A DNA stretch of 64,000 nucleotides. It comes from a virus. The position numbers were made by a program, and so were the translations under genes. Each line of letters begins with the position of its first letter. The stretch's first letter is position 1. The notes beneath the pieces are model-generated. The model did no database searches. It had not been told where the DNA came from and worked only from the letters and a program-made list of their open reading frames with translations. Below are positions 54,954 through 64,000 of the stretch, in pieces. The stretch is taken from the IMG/VR virus record IMGVR_UViG_3300035532_000260; one strand, given 5' to 3'.

Positions 54954-57900
54954 ATGAGCGCAAGCAGAACCCTAGAGATTATTGTACGTGCCCGGGATGC
55001 TGCATCTGGCGTTCTGAATAATTTTGGGCGGGCTTTGAAGCAGACGTCTGCAAATTTGGAAGCCGCTCGTATTCATTACAAAGCGTTAGGTGACGCGGCT
55101 GTACAAGCGGGCCAGCAAATGATTAAAACAGGAGCTGTTCTTGGAGCAGCTTCTGTTTTTCCTATTAAGAAAGCCGCAGACTTTGAACATACCATGTCCA
55201 AAGTCACTGCCACCATGAAGGGGGCGGGTGCGGCTTATTCTGTTTTGGCGAGTGCTGCCCGAGAACAGGGACGTACGACGCAATATACGGCGGAAGAGGC
55301 GGCCCAGGCCCTTTATTATCTTGGCCTGTCCGGGATGGATGCGTCTGACGCTTTGAAAGCTTTACCTCGTACATTGGAATTGGCTGCTGCAGGTGAGATT
55401 GAGTTAGGTGAAGCGGCCGACATCGCCACCAACGTATTGACGCAAATGGGTTTGGCTGTTGAGAAGCTTAGTTCTGTCAATGACGCCATGGCGTACACAG
55501 CTTCCAATTCAAATACCGATGTTCGTGAATTGGGTGAGGCGTTCAAGTATGCCGGCCCGTTTGCCAGTTCTCTTGGTGTTGATATTTCTGATTTGTCTAG
55601 CATGTTGGGCGTTTTGGCGAATGCTGGTTTTCGTTCAACGATTGCTGGTAATAATATCAAGCGAATGCTGGTCAAATTGTTGGATCCCTCGGAAGCTGCC
55701 CAGCAGGCGTTGAAGCGACTCAACGTCGAGATTTTGGATGAAGAAGGGAAGCTGCGTAATGTCACAGATATTTTTGTCGATTTGCGCGAGGCGGGGATGG
55801 ATGCCAACGACGCGCTGGCTTTATTTGGCTCGTATGCTGTTTCTGCTGCCACCAAATTGGTGGATGGTGCAGATAAGGTCAAATCGTTTGCGCATAGTAT
55901 CGACGGTGCGAAGGGTGCGGCCGAAGAGATGGCCGGGATTCGTTTCGATGATACGACTGGTGACTTGTTTAAGTTGACTTCTGCATTGGATGGTCTTGGC
56001 CAGTCTATTGCAGATCCCCTGCTCCCGTCTGTTCGTGCTGTATTGTCTGGCCTGACTTCTATGGTGTCGTCTCTTCGGGAATTGAATGAGGCGTCGGGTG
56101 GGGCCGGGTCTGTTTTATTGGCTTTGTCCGCGTCGCTTGCCGGCCTGTTGGCGGTGATTGGGTCTTTGACTTTGGCGTTTGGTGGTTTAATGCGACTGTT
56201 TGCCGCAGGAATGGGCACGGTTACCCTATTTGGTACACGATTAGCGGGGGCCACTGCTGCTGTTCGGGCTTTTGGTGCTGCCATTACGGCTGTTGCGGGC
56301 TCTGTAACGGCTTTTGGTATCGCATTGAATGCGGGGCTTGGTATTGTTGTTCTTTGGTCGGGAAGCAAGGTTTATGGTGCGATTAAGGCGTTGTGGGAAT
56401 GGCGGGACGCCGCGAATGCCGCTGCAACCGCCCAGGAGCGTTTGAACACAACGCTTGAAAAGAACATGAACAAGTTTAAGGACTATGCTGCATACGAGCC
56501 CCCTGAATTGACTGGAGAGGAGACCCTGGACGATTTGGAGACGCAGAGAGATGCGATACGCAAGGCATTGGCGTATGCTATTTCTTACAGGGCCTCGCTT
56601 GAGCAGAAGTCTAAGGAAACGAATTGGATGGGGGCGGCCACCGACGATGCCAAAAATGCGAAGAAGGCATTGGTGGATGTTATCAAGCATTTACAAATTC
56701 TTCGGAATGGACTGACAGATGTCTCTGGTGCAATAGCCAAACTGCAGGAAGATGCGAGCAAGCCTGTTATTGTTCCCAAAGATTTGGTGACTTCTTCTCC
56801 CATGTTTGACATGATATCTGAGCTAGAACTGTTCAAGGAAAAGTCTCAGTTAGAATTGGACATGCTTGAGCAGAGTTATCAGGATGGTGTAGTTTCTCTC
56901 GACACTTATTTGAAAGAACGCTCCAAGCTTGTTTCTGCCGAGTTTGATAAAGAGATTGCGACAAACAGGGAAATGCTTCAGGCCATGTCTTATGACAAGA
57001 AGGGAGCGTATATTCCTGTCAAGAATCAACAGGAATATGAAGAGCGTGCTGCCCTCAAAAATAAGATTGTTTCTTTGGAGATTCAGAAACAAGCACAATT
57101 GCGAGAAGTGCATCAATCCGGTGTTGAGGCGCGTGATCGGATCGAGGACGTTGCAGCAGAAAATTCTCTTGCACGATCTAAGGCTGCGGTTAAGGAAGAA
57201 TTGGATATTTTAGATAACGCTCTTGACGACCGTGAAATATTGTGGGAAGAGTATCTTGACCGCAAATACGAACTCAAAGAAGCGTCAATTTCTGACGAGA
57301 TGCAATCAATTGCACTCGAACTTGATAATTTTAAGGGAACACTCGATCAGCGATTGGCCCTTGAGCAGAAGTATTACGAAAAGAGTGCTGAACTCCGAGC
57401 CTTACATGGTGAGAAGGACGAAGAAGAGGAAGACTTTGAGAAAAAGGATGAAGAGAACGGAAATTCTATTTTGTCCCTTATCCGTGGCGTAAAGATGGAA
57501 GGAACGGATGACCCCGAAGCCTTGTTTGACTTGGAAATGGAAGCAACGCGGGCGGAGTATGATGAAAAGCTGAAAATGCTAGAAGAGTATGGCGCGTCAA
57601 AATCCGAGTTACAAGAATTCCAGGCTGCGGCCGAGATGGCTTTGGATAAGAAAGTTGCTGACCATTCCAAGGAAGTTTTTCAATCGCGGGTGGAGAGCGT
57701 ACGTTCTTTGTTTGGGAGTACAGCTTCTGCGTTACAGGAATTTTATCAGGCATTTGGTTCCCAGAGTAAAGAGGCGTTTGCTGCGTATCAGGCGTTCGCA
57801 ATAGCGGAAACGATCATCTCCACGTATGAGAGCGCTCAAAAAGCCTATAGCTCCATGGCATCGATCCCCCATGTTGGGCCTGTACTCGGAGCGGCGGCCG

Positions 57901-58367
57901 CCGCCGCCGCAATTGCTGGAGGCATGGCCCGTGTAGCCGCCATCAAGTCCGCTAAACCCCAGGGCTACGCCTACGGCGGCCTGATAGGTGGTCCAGACGA
58001 GGGAAATCGGGCGGACAATGTGACTATCCGGGCGACTCCGGGTGAATACATGATGGATCGGCCTACCGTAAGGCACTATGGTGTCCGTGTCATGGAGGCA
58101 TTGAGACAGCGGTTAATACCCAGAGACTTGTTTTCGGGCGTCCGGTTACCCGCTATGCGCCCTGCTTATGCTGGCCCGGGGTTCGCATACGGTGGACAGA
58201 TAGGACGCCAAAATGCCCCCTCACCGGCTCCACAACAGACTACCATTGTCAATCTGACCGATAAGTCCGAGTTGGATCGTTATCTGGCGTCGGTCGAAGG
58301 ACAAAACGCAATCATGAATATCATCTCTACACGGAGCCAGACTGTCCGGCGAATAGTGGGGGACTAG
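54954..58367 (+). CDS. Tail tape measure protein (TP901-like core)
   Basis: T.YTAEEAAQALYYL, L.LAAAG, NT.V.ELGEAFKYA, GYA.GGLI; 1137 aa. Confidence 0.93.
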   Translation: MSASRTLEIIVRARDAASGVLNNFGRALKQTSANLEAARIHYKALGDAAVQAGQQMIKTGAVLGAASVFPIKKAADFEHTMSKVTATMKGAGAAYSVLASAAREQGRTTQYTAEEAAQALYYLGLSGMDASDALKALPRTLELAAAGEIELGEAADIATNVLTQMGLAVEKLSSVNDAMAYTASNSNTDVRELGEAFKYAGPFASSLGVDISDLSSMLGVLANAGFRSTIAGNNIKRMLVKLLDPSEAAQQALKRLNVEILDEEGKLRNVTDIFVDLREAGMDANDALALFGSYAVSAATKLVDGADKVKSFAHSIDGAKGAAEEMAGIRFDDTTGDLFKLTSALDGLGQSIADPLLPSVRAVLSGLTSMVSSLRELNEASGGAGSVLLALSASLAGLLAVIGSLTLAFGGLMRLFAAGMGTVTLFGTRLAGATAAVRAFGAAITAVAGSVTAFGIALNAGLGIVVLWSGSKVYGAIKALWEWRDAANAAATAQERLNTTLEKNMNKFKDYAAYEPPELTGEETLDDLETQRDAIRKALAYAISYRASLEQKSKETNWMGAATDDAKNAKKALVDVIKHLQILRNGLTDVSGAIAKLQEDASKPVIVPKDLVTSSPMFDMISELELFKEKSQLELDMLEQSYQDGVVSLDTYLKERSKLVSAEFDKEIATNREMLQAMSYDKKGAYIPVKNQQEYEERAALKNKIVSLEIQKQAQLREVHQSGVEARDRIEDVAAENSLARSKAAVKEELDILDNALDDREILWEEYLDRKYELKEASISDEMQSIALELDNFKGTLDQRLALEQKYYEKSAELRALHGEKDEEEEDFEKKDEENGNSILSLIRGVKMEGTDDPEALFDLEMEATRAEYDEKLKMLEEYGASKSELQEFQAAAEMALDKKVADHSKEVFQSRVESVRSLFGSTASALQEFYQAFGSQSKEAFAAYQAFAIAETIISTYESAQKAYSSMASIPHVGPVLGAAAAAAAIAGGMARVAAIKSAKPQGYAYGGLIGGPDEGNRADNVTIRATPGEYMMDRPTVRHYGVRVMEALRQRLIPRDLFSGVRLPAMRPAYAGPGFAYGGQIGRQNAPSPAPQQTTIVNLTDKSELDRYLASVEGQNAIMNIISTRSQTVRRIVGD

Positions 58368-59576
58368 GTGATAGCTAATGAGATCCTTGCGGTGCGCCCT
58401 GACTGGTCCGATACCTTGCGTATGGAATATGCCTGGAAGACGACCATCAAGCGCGGGCTCGCCGGGCATGAAAAACGATCCGGCCTTTTGTCGGCACCAA
58501 GACGCGCCTTCGAGTTTACAGTGCAAGCCCGCACCGGTCTTGAATCCGAGATGCTGAAAAAGCGGCTCTATACGGCACATGGGAAGATATTTGGGGTGCC
58601 GCTATGGACAGACGCGACCGCTCTTGCGGTGGGAGTTAGTGCCGGGGCAACCTCTTTGCCGGTTCTGGAAACCGGATTTCGTCTTTTCCAGGCTGACCGC
58701 CTCGCGATTATCGTGTCCGGTGGTTCCTATGAGGTTGTGGAGGTCTCGGGCGTTTCGACAAGTGTGCTCTCCCTGGCCGAGGCCGTGACACAAGACTGGC
58801 CGGCGGGATCTTTTGTAGCCCCATTCTTCCAGGGTCGTGTCGATGACTCAAAGACGACGGTCACGGGGAAGACGGATCGTGACGGCACAGTCTCCTTGCG
58901 TTTGCTTGAAGAGTTTGACGAGCGTTTTTCAGTCCCGACACCGGACATGACCGATTACCCTACATACAACGGCTTGCCGGTCTTGAATACCCCGCACAAC
59001 TGGTCTGACAGGTATAGCCAGACGATGGAGATGGACACAGAAGCTTTTTCGTTCTCTTCTCTGGCCGGGCTGACCGAAAGGGTTCTGACGCAAAATGAAC
59101 CGCGACTCACCATATCCCTGTCCGCCAGTGCTTTCACACGGGAAGAATCCCGGCGACTGCTCGATTTCTTTATAGACAGAAAGGGGCGGCTCTTGCCATT
59201 CTGGGTGCCCTCACCCGCCTCGGACATTATCTTGGCCGGTGCCTTTTCGTCAGGAGATACGATCCTCGATATTGGCGGGGTCGATATGTCAGCACTTTTC
59301 GGACAAGGCTATCCGACGACCGGGAAGCACCTTTGGTTTCGTTTCCCTGATGGTACGACTGCGGCACGGGAGGTTGTGGGGTGTGATCCTTCAACAGGGA
59401 GGATCAGCCTTGGATCGGCAATCGGAAAGACGGTGGAGCATTTCGTGAATGTCACCGTTTCACTTCTCTATCCGGCAAGATTCGATAAGGACACGCTCGG
59501 CATGGATTACGAAACCCTTGATGTGGCAAGCACTACGCTCCACGCGACGACACTTCCCCGGTGGGAGGTTGAATAA
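58368..59576 (+). CDS. Distal tail/minor tail protein
   Basis: PDWS...EYAWKT, GRLLPFWVP; follows TMP. Confidence 0.7.
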   Translation: MIANEILAVRPDWSDTLRMEYAWKTTIKRGLAGHEKRSGLLSAPRRAFEFTVQARTGLESEMLKKRLYTAHGKIFGVPLWTDATALAVGVSAGATSLPVLETGFRLFQADRLAIIVSGGSYEVVEVSGVSTSVLSLAEAVTQDWPAGSFVAPFFQGRVDDSKTTVTGKTDRDGTVSLRLLEEFDERFSVPTPDMTDYPTYNGLPVLNTPHNWSDRYSQTMEMDTEAFSFSSLAGLTERVLTQNEPRLTISLSASAFTREESRRLLDFFIDRKGRLLPFWVPSPASDIILAGAFSSGDTILDIGGVDMSALFGQGYPTTGKHLWFRFPDGTTAAREVVGCDPSTGRISLGSAIGKTVEHFVNVTVSLLYPARFDKDTLGMDYETLDVASTTLHATTLPRWEVE

Positions 59577-60776
59577 ATGAGAGACACTTCACCAGCCTTT
59601 ACGACCCGGGAAAAGGAAGAGTTCCTATCCCCGGTCGAATTGTTCCATATCTGGGAAGGTGGGGACGATCCCCAAGCGCGGCATTGGTATTACACCAGCT
59701 CTGACGAGGCCGTTGATTACAATGGGAACACCTACGAACCGGCGGCAATCAAGCGGTCTTCCCTGTCCTTTGACTCCGACCTGACCGCGACGAAGTGCGG
59801 AATTACGGTCGGTGCCCTGGAAGAGAACTTCCGCGATTACTTGGCACAGAATCCGTTGGCACAGATGTGGGTTAGTGTTTCGCGGGTCCATCGGGGAGCG
59901 GCCAGCGACGCGGTGGTTTTTTTCGTTGGGCAGGTCAAGACAGTGGCGTTTCAAGGGGCACAAGCCGAAGCCGAATGCGTGGGCTTTGAGCACTTCTTGT
60001 CAATGAAGATCCCAAGGTATCACTTTCAGGCGCACTGCAACAACACGCTCTATGACGCCAAGTGCAACGTGGATCGGGGGGCCTTTTCCAATACATGTGC
60101 GGTGACAATCTCGGGCAATATCCTCACGGCTCCGGAGTTTGCGACCCGTGCAGACGGCTTCTTCACCTACGGTTGGGTCAGTTTTGGGGGCCAAAAGCGG
60201 ATGATCACTGCTCATTCCGGGTCTTCTATCGTCCTGCAATACCCCTTCATTGACATTGCAGACGGGGACGAAGTGACCGCATCTGCCGGTTGCGATCAGA
60301 GAATTACGACATGCCGGGACAAGTTTGACAATCTAGGCGGGAACAATGGGCTTTTGTCTCAATCTGCGCCGGTATCGACTCCAAGTAAGATCACGGGAAA
60401 CCAGACCCTTGTTACTCCAACGGTCTATACATCTGGTCCGGTGACAAGCGTTACGGCGAATTGCAAGTTTGTTCAATGGCGAGATGATTACAGATATACC
60501 GCAAGATGCTATATCACGGTGAACGGGATAGATCACTTGGTGGATACAGTCAGTGGGGTCAGGGAGTTTGACTTTACAAGGACAGTTACGGTTGCAGTTT
60601 CAAACGAACGAGCCAGTGTATCGGCAAGGATAGAGGCTGAAAACTCCACATTGTCTTGTCAATTACAGTTTTTGGTACAAGTTATGGGCGGAACATGCCA
60701 AGGGGAAGGAGCCTCCGGCGGTGGTTTCTTTGGAACCCCTTATATCCCAACAGAAAACCCCTCGATGATGTCATGA
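59577..60776 (+). CDS. DUF2163/BR0599-like tail hub protein with inserted domain
   Basis: CNNTLYD..C, AGCD....TCRDKFDN, C-terminal FG.PYIP.ENP. Confidence 0.8.
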   Translation: MRDTSPAFTTREKEEFLSPVELFHIWEGGDDPQARHWYYTSSDEAVDYNGNTYEPAAIKRSSLSFDSDLTATKCGITVGALEENFRDYLAQNPLAQMWVSVSRVHRGAASDAVVFFVGQVKTVAFQGAQAEAECVGFEHFLSMKIPRYHFQAHCNNTLYDAKCNVDRGAFSNTCAVTISGNILTAPEFATRADGFFTYGWVSFGGQKRMITAHSGSSIVLQYPFIDIADGDEVTASAGCDQRITTCRDKFDNLGGNNGLLSQSAPVSTPSKITGNQTLVTPTVYTSGPVTSVTANCKFVQWRDDYRYTARCYITVNGIDHLVDTVSGVREFDFTRTVTVAVSNERASVSARIEAENSTLSCQLQFLVQVMGGTCQGEGASGGGFFGTPYIPTENPSMMS

Positions 60777-61219
60777 CGAAATACTTTTACGACCAAGAAA
60801 AGCTACAGGAATTACGCACGGAATGCGCCGCATGGCTTGGAACCCCGTACCGTCACAGGTCTTCCAGAAAGGGTCTTGGGTGTGACTGTATCGGCTTTGT
60901 GGTGGGTGTCTTGACCGGAATAGGATACAAGAAGCGATGGAAGATGCCGGACTACCCGAAGGATTGGCATCTGCACAACGTGGAATCCATTCTGCTCCAA
61001 GAAGTCAGTAGCCAGATGAAGCATGAAAAGGTTTCCATTGACGACCCTCAAGACGGGGACATCTTGCTTTTCCGCTTCGGGAAGACCACCAGCCATGCCG
61101 GGATCGTTTTGGACGGCTGGATTTGGCACTCTGTTATCGGAATCGGGGTTGAGCGTTTTGTTTTGAATGATCCCACATGGTGGCACCGCAGGACATACAA
61201 CATTAGGCTGGTGAAATAA
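60773..61219 (+). CDS. NlpC/P60 tail peptidase
   Basis: WLGTPYRH....GLGCDCIGFV, SHAGI. Confidence 0.88.
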   Translation: MTKYFYDQEKLQELRTECAAWLGTPYRHRSSRKGLGCDCIGFVVGVLTGIGYKKRWKMPDYPKDWHLHNVESILLQEVSSQMKHEKVSIDDPQDGDILLFRFGKTTSHAGIVLDGWIWHSVIGIGVERFVLNDPTWWHRRTYNIRLVK

Positions 61220-64000
61220 TGGCAACAGCGGCAATCGTTATCGGCGCAGTGGTCGTGGGGGCATTTGTCGCCACCGCCATGTTTTCAGCGGCGCGGCCAC
61301 AGACTGGATCGCAGAAGCCGCAAGACATAAAGTTTGCAACGAATAAATTTGGCATCCCGATTCCCGAGGTGCTGGGGACTATCAAGCTGGCCGGGAACTA
61401 TATTTGGACCGGGGAACAGCGTTCCGAGGCGATCAAAAGCAAGAGCTCCAGCGGTGGAAAGGGGGGAGGCGGCGGAGGGTCTTCCAGCACCATCGTGGGG
61501 TACAAGTACTATATGCACTTTGCCCTTGGAATATGCCTGGGGCCGGTGGACAAGCTCTGCACGATATATCGCGAACAGGAGCTGATCTGGTCCGGGGAAT
61601 TGATCTGTCCGGCCTCCGGGGTGCAGACTATCCAGGCAGACAAGACGGGCGCGATCACGTTCTACTTTGGCACGGCAACACAGCCGCCAAACGAGAATAT
61701 AGGAAAAAGTCTGCCGGACGGCACACTGAACACGGCCTACCCTGGGCTTTGCTGGGCGTATTTCAATGACGTGTTTATCGGAGAGTCCCCAAGGGTGCCG
61801 ACCTATCATTTTGTGGTCCAAAAGGCACCTGCGCAATCCTTCGGGGGGGAGGCTGTTCTGTCCGCGTATGACTATAACCCCGCTCATGCTATCTGGCACA
61901 TTTTGACGAACATGACCGGGCTTCCCGAATCATGGCTAGATGCCGCCTCCTTCTTGGCCGCCTCTGAAACGCTGGACACGGAGGGCCGGGGGATCTCCAT
62001 GGTCTTTGACGAGCAGAAAACCGCTCTAGACTATATCGACAACGTACTTTCACACGTTCTAGGAATGCTCCGGTTTGGCGCAGACGGGCGGCTATATCTG
62101 GCTTTGATGCGCGGGGATTATGACAAAGAGACTGTCCCCGTGATTACCGAACGGGAATGTTTGGAGCCGCCGACCCTAAAGCGAAAATCCTGGGTGGACA
62201 CTATCAACGAGGTCAAGGCTACCTACAATGAAAGGTGCTATGAGCAGGGGATCAAGCACGTTATCATCTTTTGTTTATGGATTGACGAAGCTGAATTTTA
62301 CGGGACTTTTCCCGAAAGTGGCGACCCCACGACGAATGGATATTACGATGAGGAAACAGGTGGAGGTGCTTTTTCATGCTGGTTTGAGGACCTTGTAACC
62401 GCAAGGGCAAAGCTGGCCGACCTCCGGAAATACGCGGATGTGTATGTCAAGATCTTCGACGTAAACAACACCACTGGCCACAGGATCTATCCCCCCGATG
62501 AGTCGTGGCCGTCTGATATAGCACAGAGGGTGGAATGCCCGCGAAACCCGTCTTTTGAGTTTTTGAGGGACCAAGTGCAGGGCATGGTCCCGGGGGATAT
62601 TACAGGACGAAAAACCTATATTGGCTTTACGGTGGACACCTCCGGTTCCATGACCATGAACACTATCGAACCCGCGTATTCACAGCTTAAAGAATGGGTC
62701 GGGTCAACCTATCCTGAATCTACCTTTCTGGGGAACACGGAACCGAGATCCGACGAGCGCTGGTTGTCTTGGCTTGCTGGCGACCTTGATTTTGCGTTCC
62801 CCGGTGTAAACTACCGGGAAGGCATCTCCGATCCTTCAAGTGTAAACATTGCCAACCAGCAAATCCAGGGCCGGACTGAAAGCCAGACGCTGGACCTTCC
62901 ACTGTTCACGGTGAACTCGAATGCGTCTTGGGCCGCTCGCGAGGCGCTACGGAAAGACTCGTACCCGTTGGCTACGCTCAATGTGACCCTTTCCAGAGAT
63001 GCGTTCATGCTCCAGCCTGGGGACGTGTTCAAATTTAGTTTCGCCCCCTACGGCATCGAATCCATGTTCTTTCGCCTGAAACAGGTGGACGAAGAAGACC
63101 TGGAGCATGAAGCTATCGGGATCGTGGCCGAAGAGGAATACACGGTTGTGAGCGAAACCATGATTGAGCCGCCGGAAACCCTGAACCTTTCAAGCCCCCC
63201 TTCGTCCTATATGATTGGCGGCGATCCCGTGGTCGTGCAGGAGGTGCAGGCCGTACCATTGACCGGAGGGCCTATCGCTATCGGTACGGTGAGTCCCTGG
63301 GAAATCTCCGTGTCCTGGAACGGCATCGAGATGACAGAGGGCGAAGATTACACTGTGGACCTGTCGGCTGGAACGATCACCCCCATTCCCGGTGGAAGCA
63401 TTACACCAGGAATGGATTTGACTATAGAGAGCAAGATGAACCCTCAAGAAAAGGTCAGGTTTTATGAGCTACCGTACCTTTGGGCCGGTGAAGAAATCAA
63501 AGTCTTGCCGGTGGTTTCGAGGCCGAACATATTGAACTCCGGGTATCAGATCTTCTATTCGGCAAGCGGCACGTCCTATGAAGAGGTTGGCACGTCCAGC
63601 GCCTTTGCCGTCCATGGAACTGTGGTTCGGGACTATCCAAAGACCTTCCAGATAGACGATGAGATATGCCTTGACGTGTTTTTTGCCACCAGCGACGTGA
63701 TGAGTATTGAATCCTGCACTCGGGAACAGTTGCTTTCGCAACGCAATCTTGCGCTGATTGGGGATGAATTGATCACCTTTCAGAGTATCGAGCCACTGAC
63801 CGGCAAAACCTATAGGCTCACGGGCGTATATCGGGGTCGGTACGGAACCGGAATGAGCGAGCACCTACGTGGTACCGATTTTTTCTTCCTTGGCTCGAAC
63901 ACTGCGGAACCGATCACGAATCCAGACTTTTTGCTTGGCGAAACCCGATACTTTAAGGCCGTCCAGTATAACCCGCGATATCAAGGGGATGAATCTTTTG
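61219..64000 (+). CDS. Central tail tip/host-specificity protein (gpJ-like), runs off window end; absent from ORF track
   Basis: Manual translation MATAAIVIG..., IPEVLGTIKLAGNYIW, NPAHAIW, LQPGDVF, GVYRG.YGT; no stop seen. Confidence 0.85.
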   Translation, partial: MATAAIVIGAVVVGAFVATAMFSAARPQTGSQKPQDIKFATNKFGIPIPEVLGTIKLAGNYIWTGEQRSEAIKSKSSSGGKGGGGGGSSSTIVGYKYYMHFALGICLGPVDKLCTIYREQELIWSGELICPASGVQTIQADKTGAITFYFGTATQPPNENIGKSLPDGTLNTAYPGLCWAYFNDVFIGESPRVPTYHFVVQKAPAQSFGGEAVLSAYDYNPAHAIWHILTNMTGLPESWLDAASFLAASETLDTEGRGISMVFDEQKTALDYIDNVLSHVLGMLRFGADGRLYLALMRGDYDKETVPVITERECLEPPTLKRKSWVDTINEVKATYNERCYEQGIKHVIIFCLWIDEAEFYGTFPESGDPTTNGYYDEETGGGAFSCWFEDLVTARAKLADLRKYADVYVKIFDVNNTTGHRIYPPDESWPSDIAQRVECPRNPSFEFLRDQVQGMVPGDITGRKTYIGFTVDTSGSMTMNTIEPAYSQLKEWVGSTYPESTFLGNTEPRSDERWLSWLAGDLDFAFPGVNYREGISDPSSVNIANQQIQGRTESQTLDLPLFTVNSNASWAAREALRKDSYPLATLNVTLSRDAFMLQPGDVFKFSFAPYGIESMFFRLKQVDEEDLEHEAIGIVAEEEYTVVSETMIEPPETLNLSSPPSSYMIGGDPVVVQEVQAVPLTGGPIAIGTVSPWEISVSWNGIEMTEGEDYTVDLSAGTITPIPGGSITPGMDLTIESKMNPQEKVRFYELPYLWAGEEIKVLPVVSRPNILNSGYQIFYSASGTSYEEVGTSSAFAVHGTVVRDYPKTFQIDDEICLDVFFATSDVMSIESCTREQLLSQRNLALIGDELITFQSIEPLTGKTYRLTGVYRGRYGTGMSEHLRGTDFFFLGSNTAEPITNPDFLLGETRYFKAVQYNPRYQGDESF

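Larger units (their letters stand above)
1332..57314. repeat. Dispersed 14-bp palindrome TGCAATCGATTGCA (usually RTGCAATCGATTGCAY), 29 copies found
   Basis: Perfect copies start at 1332, 3237, 4586, 8021, 17155, 22977, 24819, 27062, 31353, 37261, 37748, 41331, 43656, 44036, 44814, 45850, 46619, 47756, 48401, 51483. TGCAATCAATTGCA (or its reverse complement) at 6196, 13769, 19639, 20429, 29074, 34959, 54432, 57301. TGCAACCGATTGCA at 11161. Counted by eye. Confidence 0.95.

Noticed and set aside
1332-57314. Palindrome series as a CRISPR array or REP/BIME element
   Set aside because: Copies are 14-16 bp, kilobases apart, often intragenic and in frame; there are no spacer-sized regular intervals and no cas operon. 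The Cas4-like gene sits in a recombination context.

Overview
This window is a 64-kb internal segment of a large tailed-phage genome. It is probably a siphovirus (tail tube and a 1137-aa tape measure, no sheath gene) with phage-plasmid-like maintenance genes, and an anaerobic host is suggested by NrdDG. Almost all genes are on the + strand. Module order: truncated ParA (-), serine resolvase, iteron/AT-rich origin, then a replication/recombination operon (initiator, loader, DnaB, primase, SSB, intein-bearing SF2 helicase, RecA with a triple Zn-knuckle insert, nucleases). Next come intein-bearing NrdD/NrdG, a sigma-70-family sigma factor, Tmk, RuvC-like and AAA ATPase genes. These are followed by a 10-gene amino-deoxysugar/glycosyltransferase/ParB cluster that abuts the terminase, a ~13.5-kb block of small accessory genes (ankyrin-like protein, ligase, dUTPase, ThyX), and head and tail genes running off the window end. 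There are three main unexplained signals. (1) I counted 29 copies of the palindrome TGCAATCGATTGCA or 1-mismatch variants, spread over 1.3-57.3 kb, both inside essential genes and at gene junctions. (2) The sugar-modification cluster is coupled to ParB and terminase, suggesting DNA or virion glycosylation. (3) A repeated promoter-stem-loop cassette has a co-varying hairpin. All functional calls rest on motifs recognised by eye; no searches were run.
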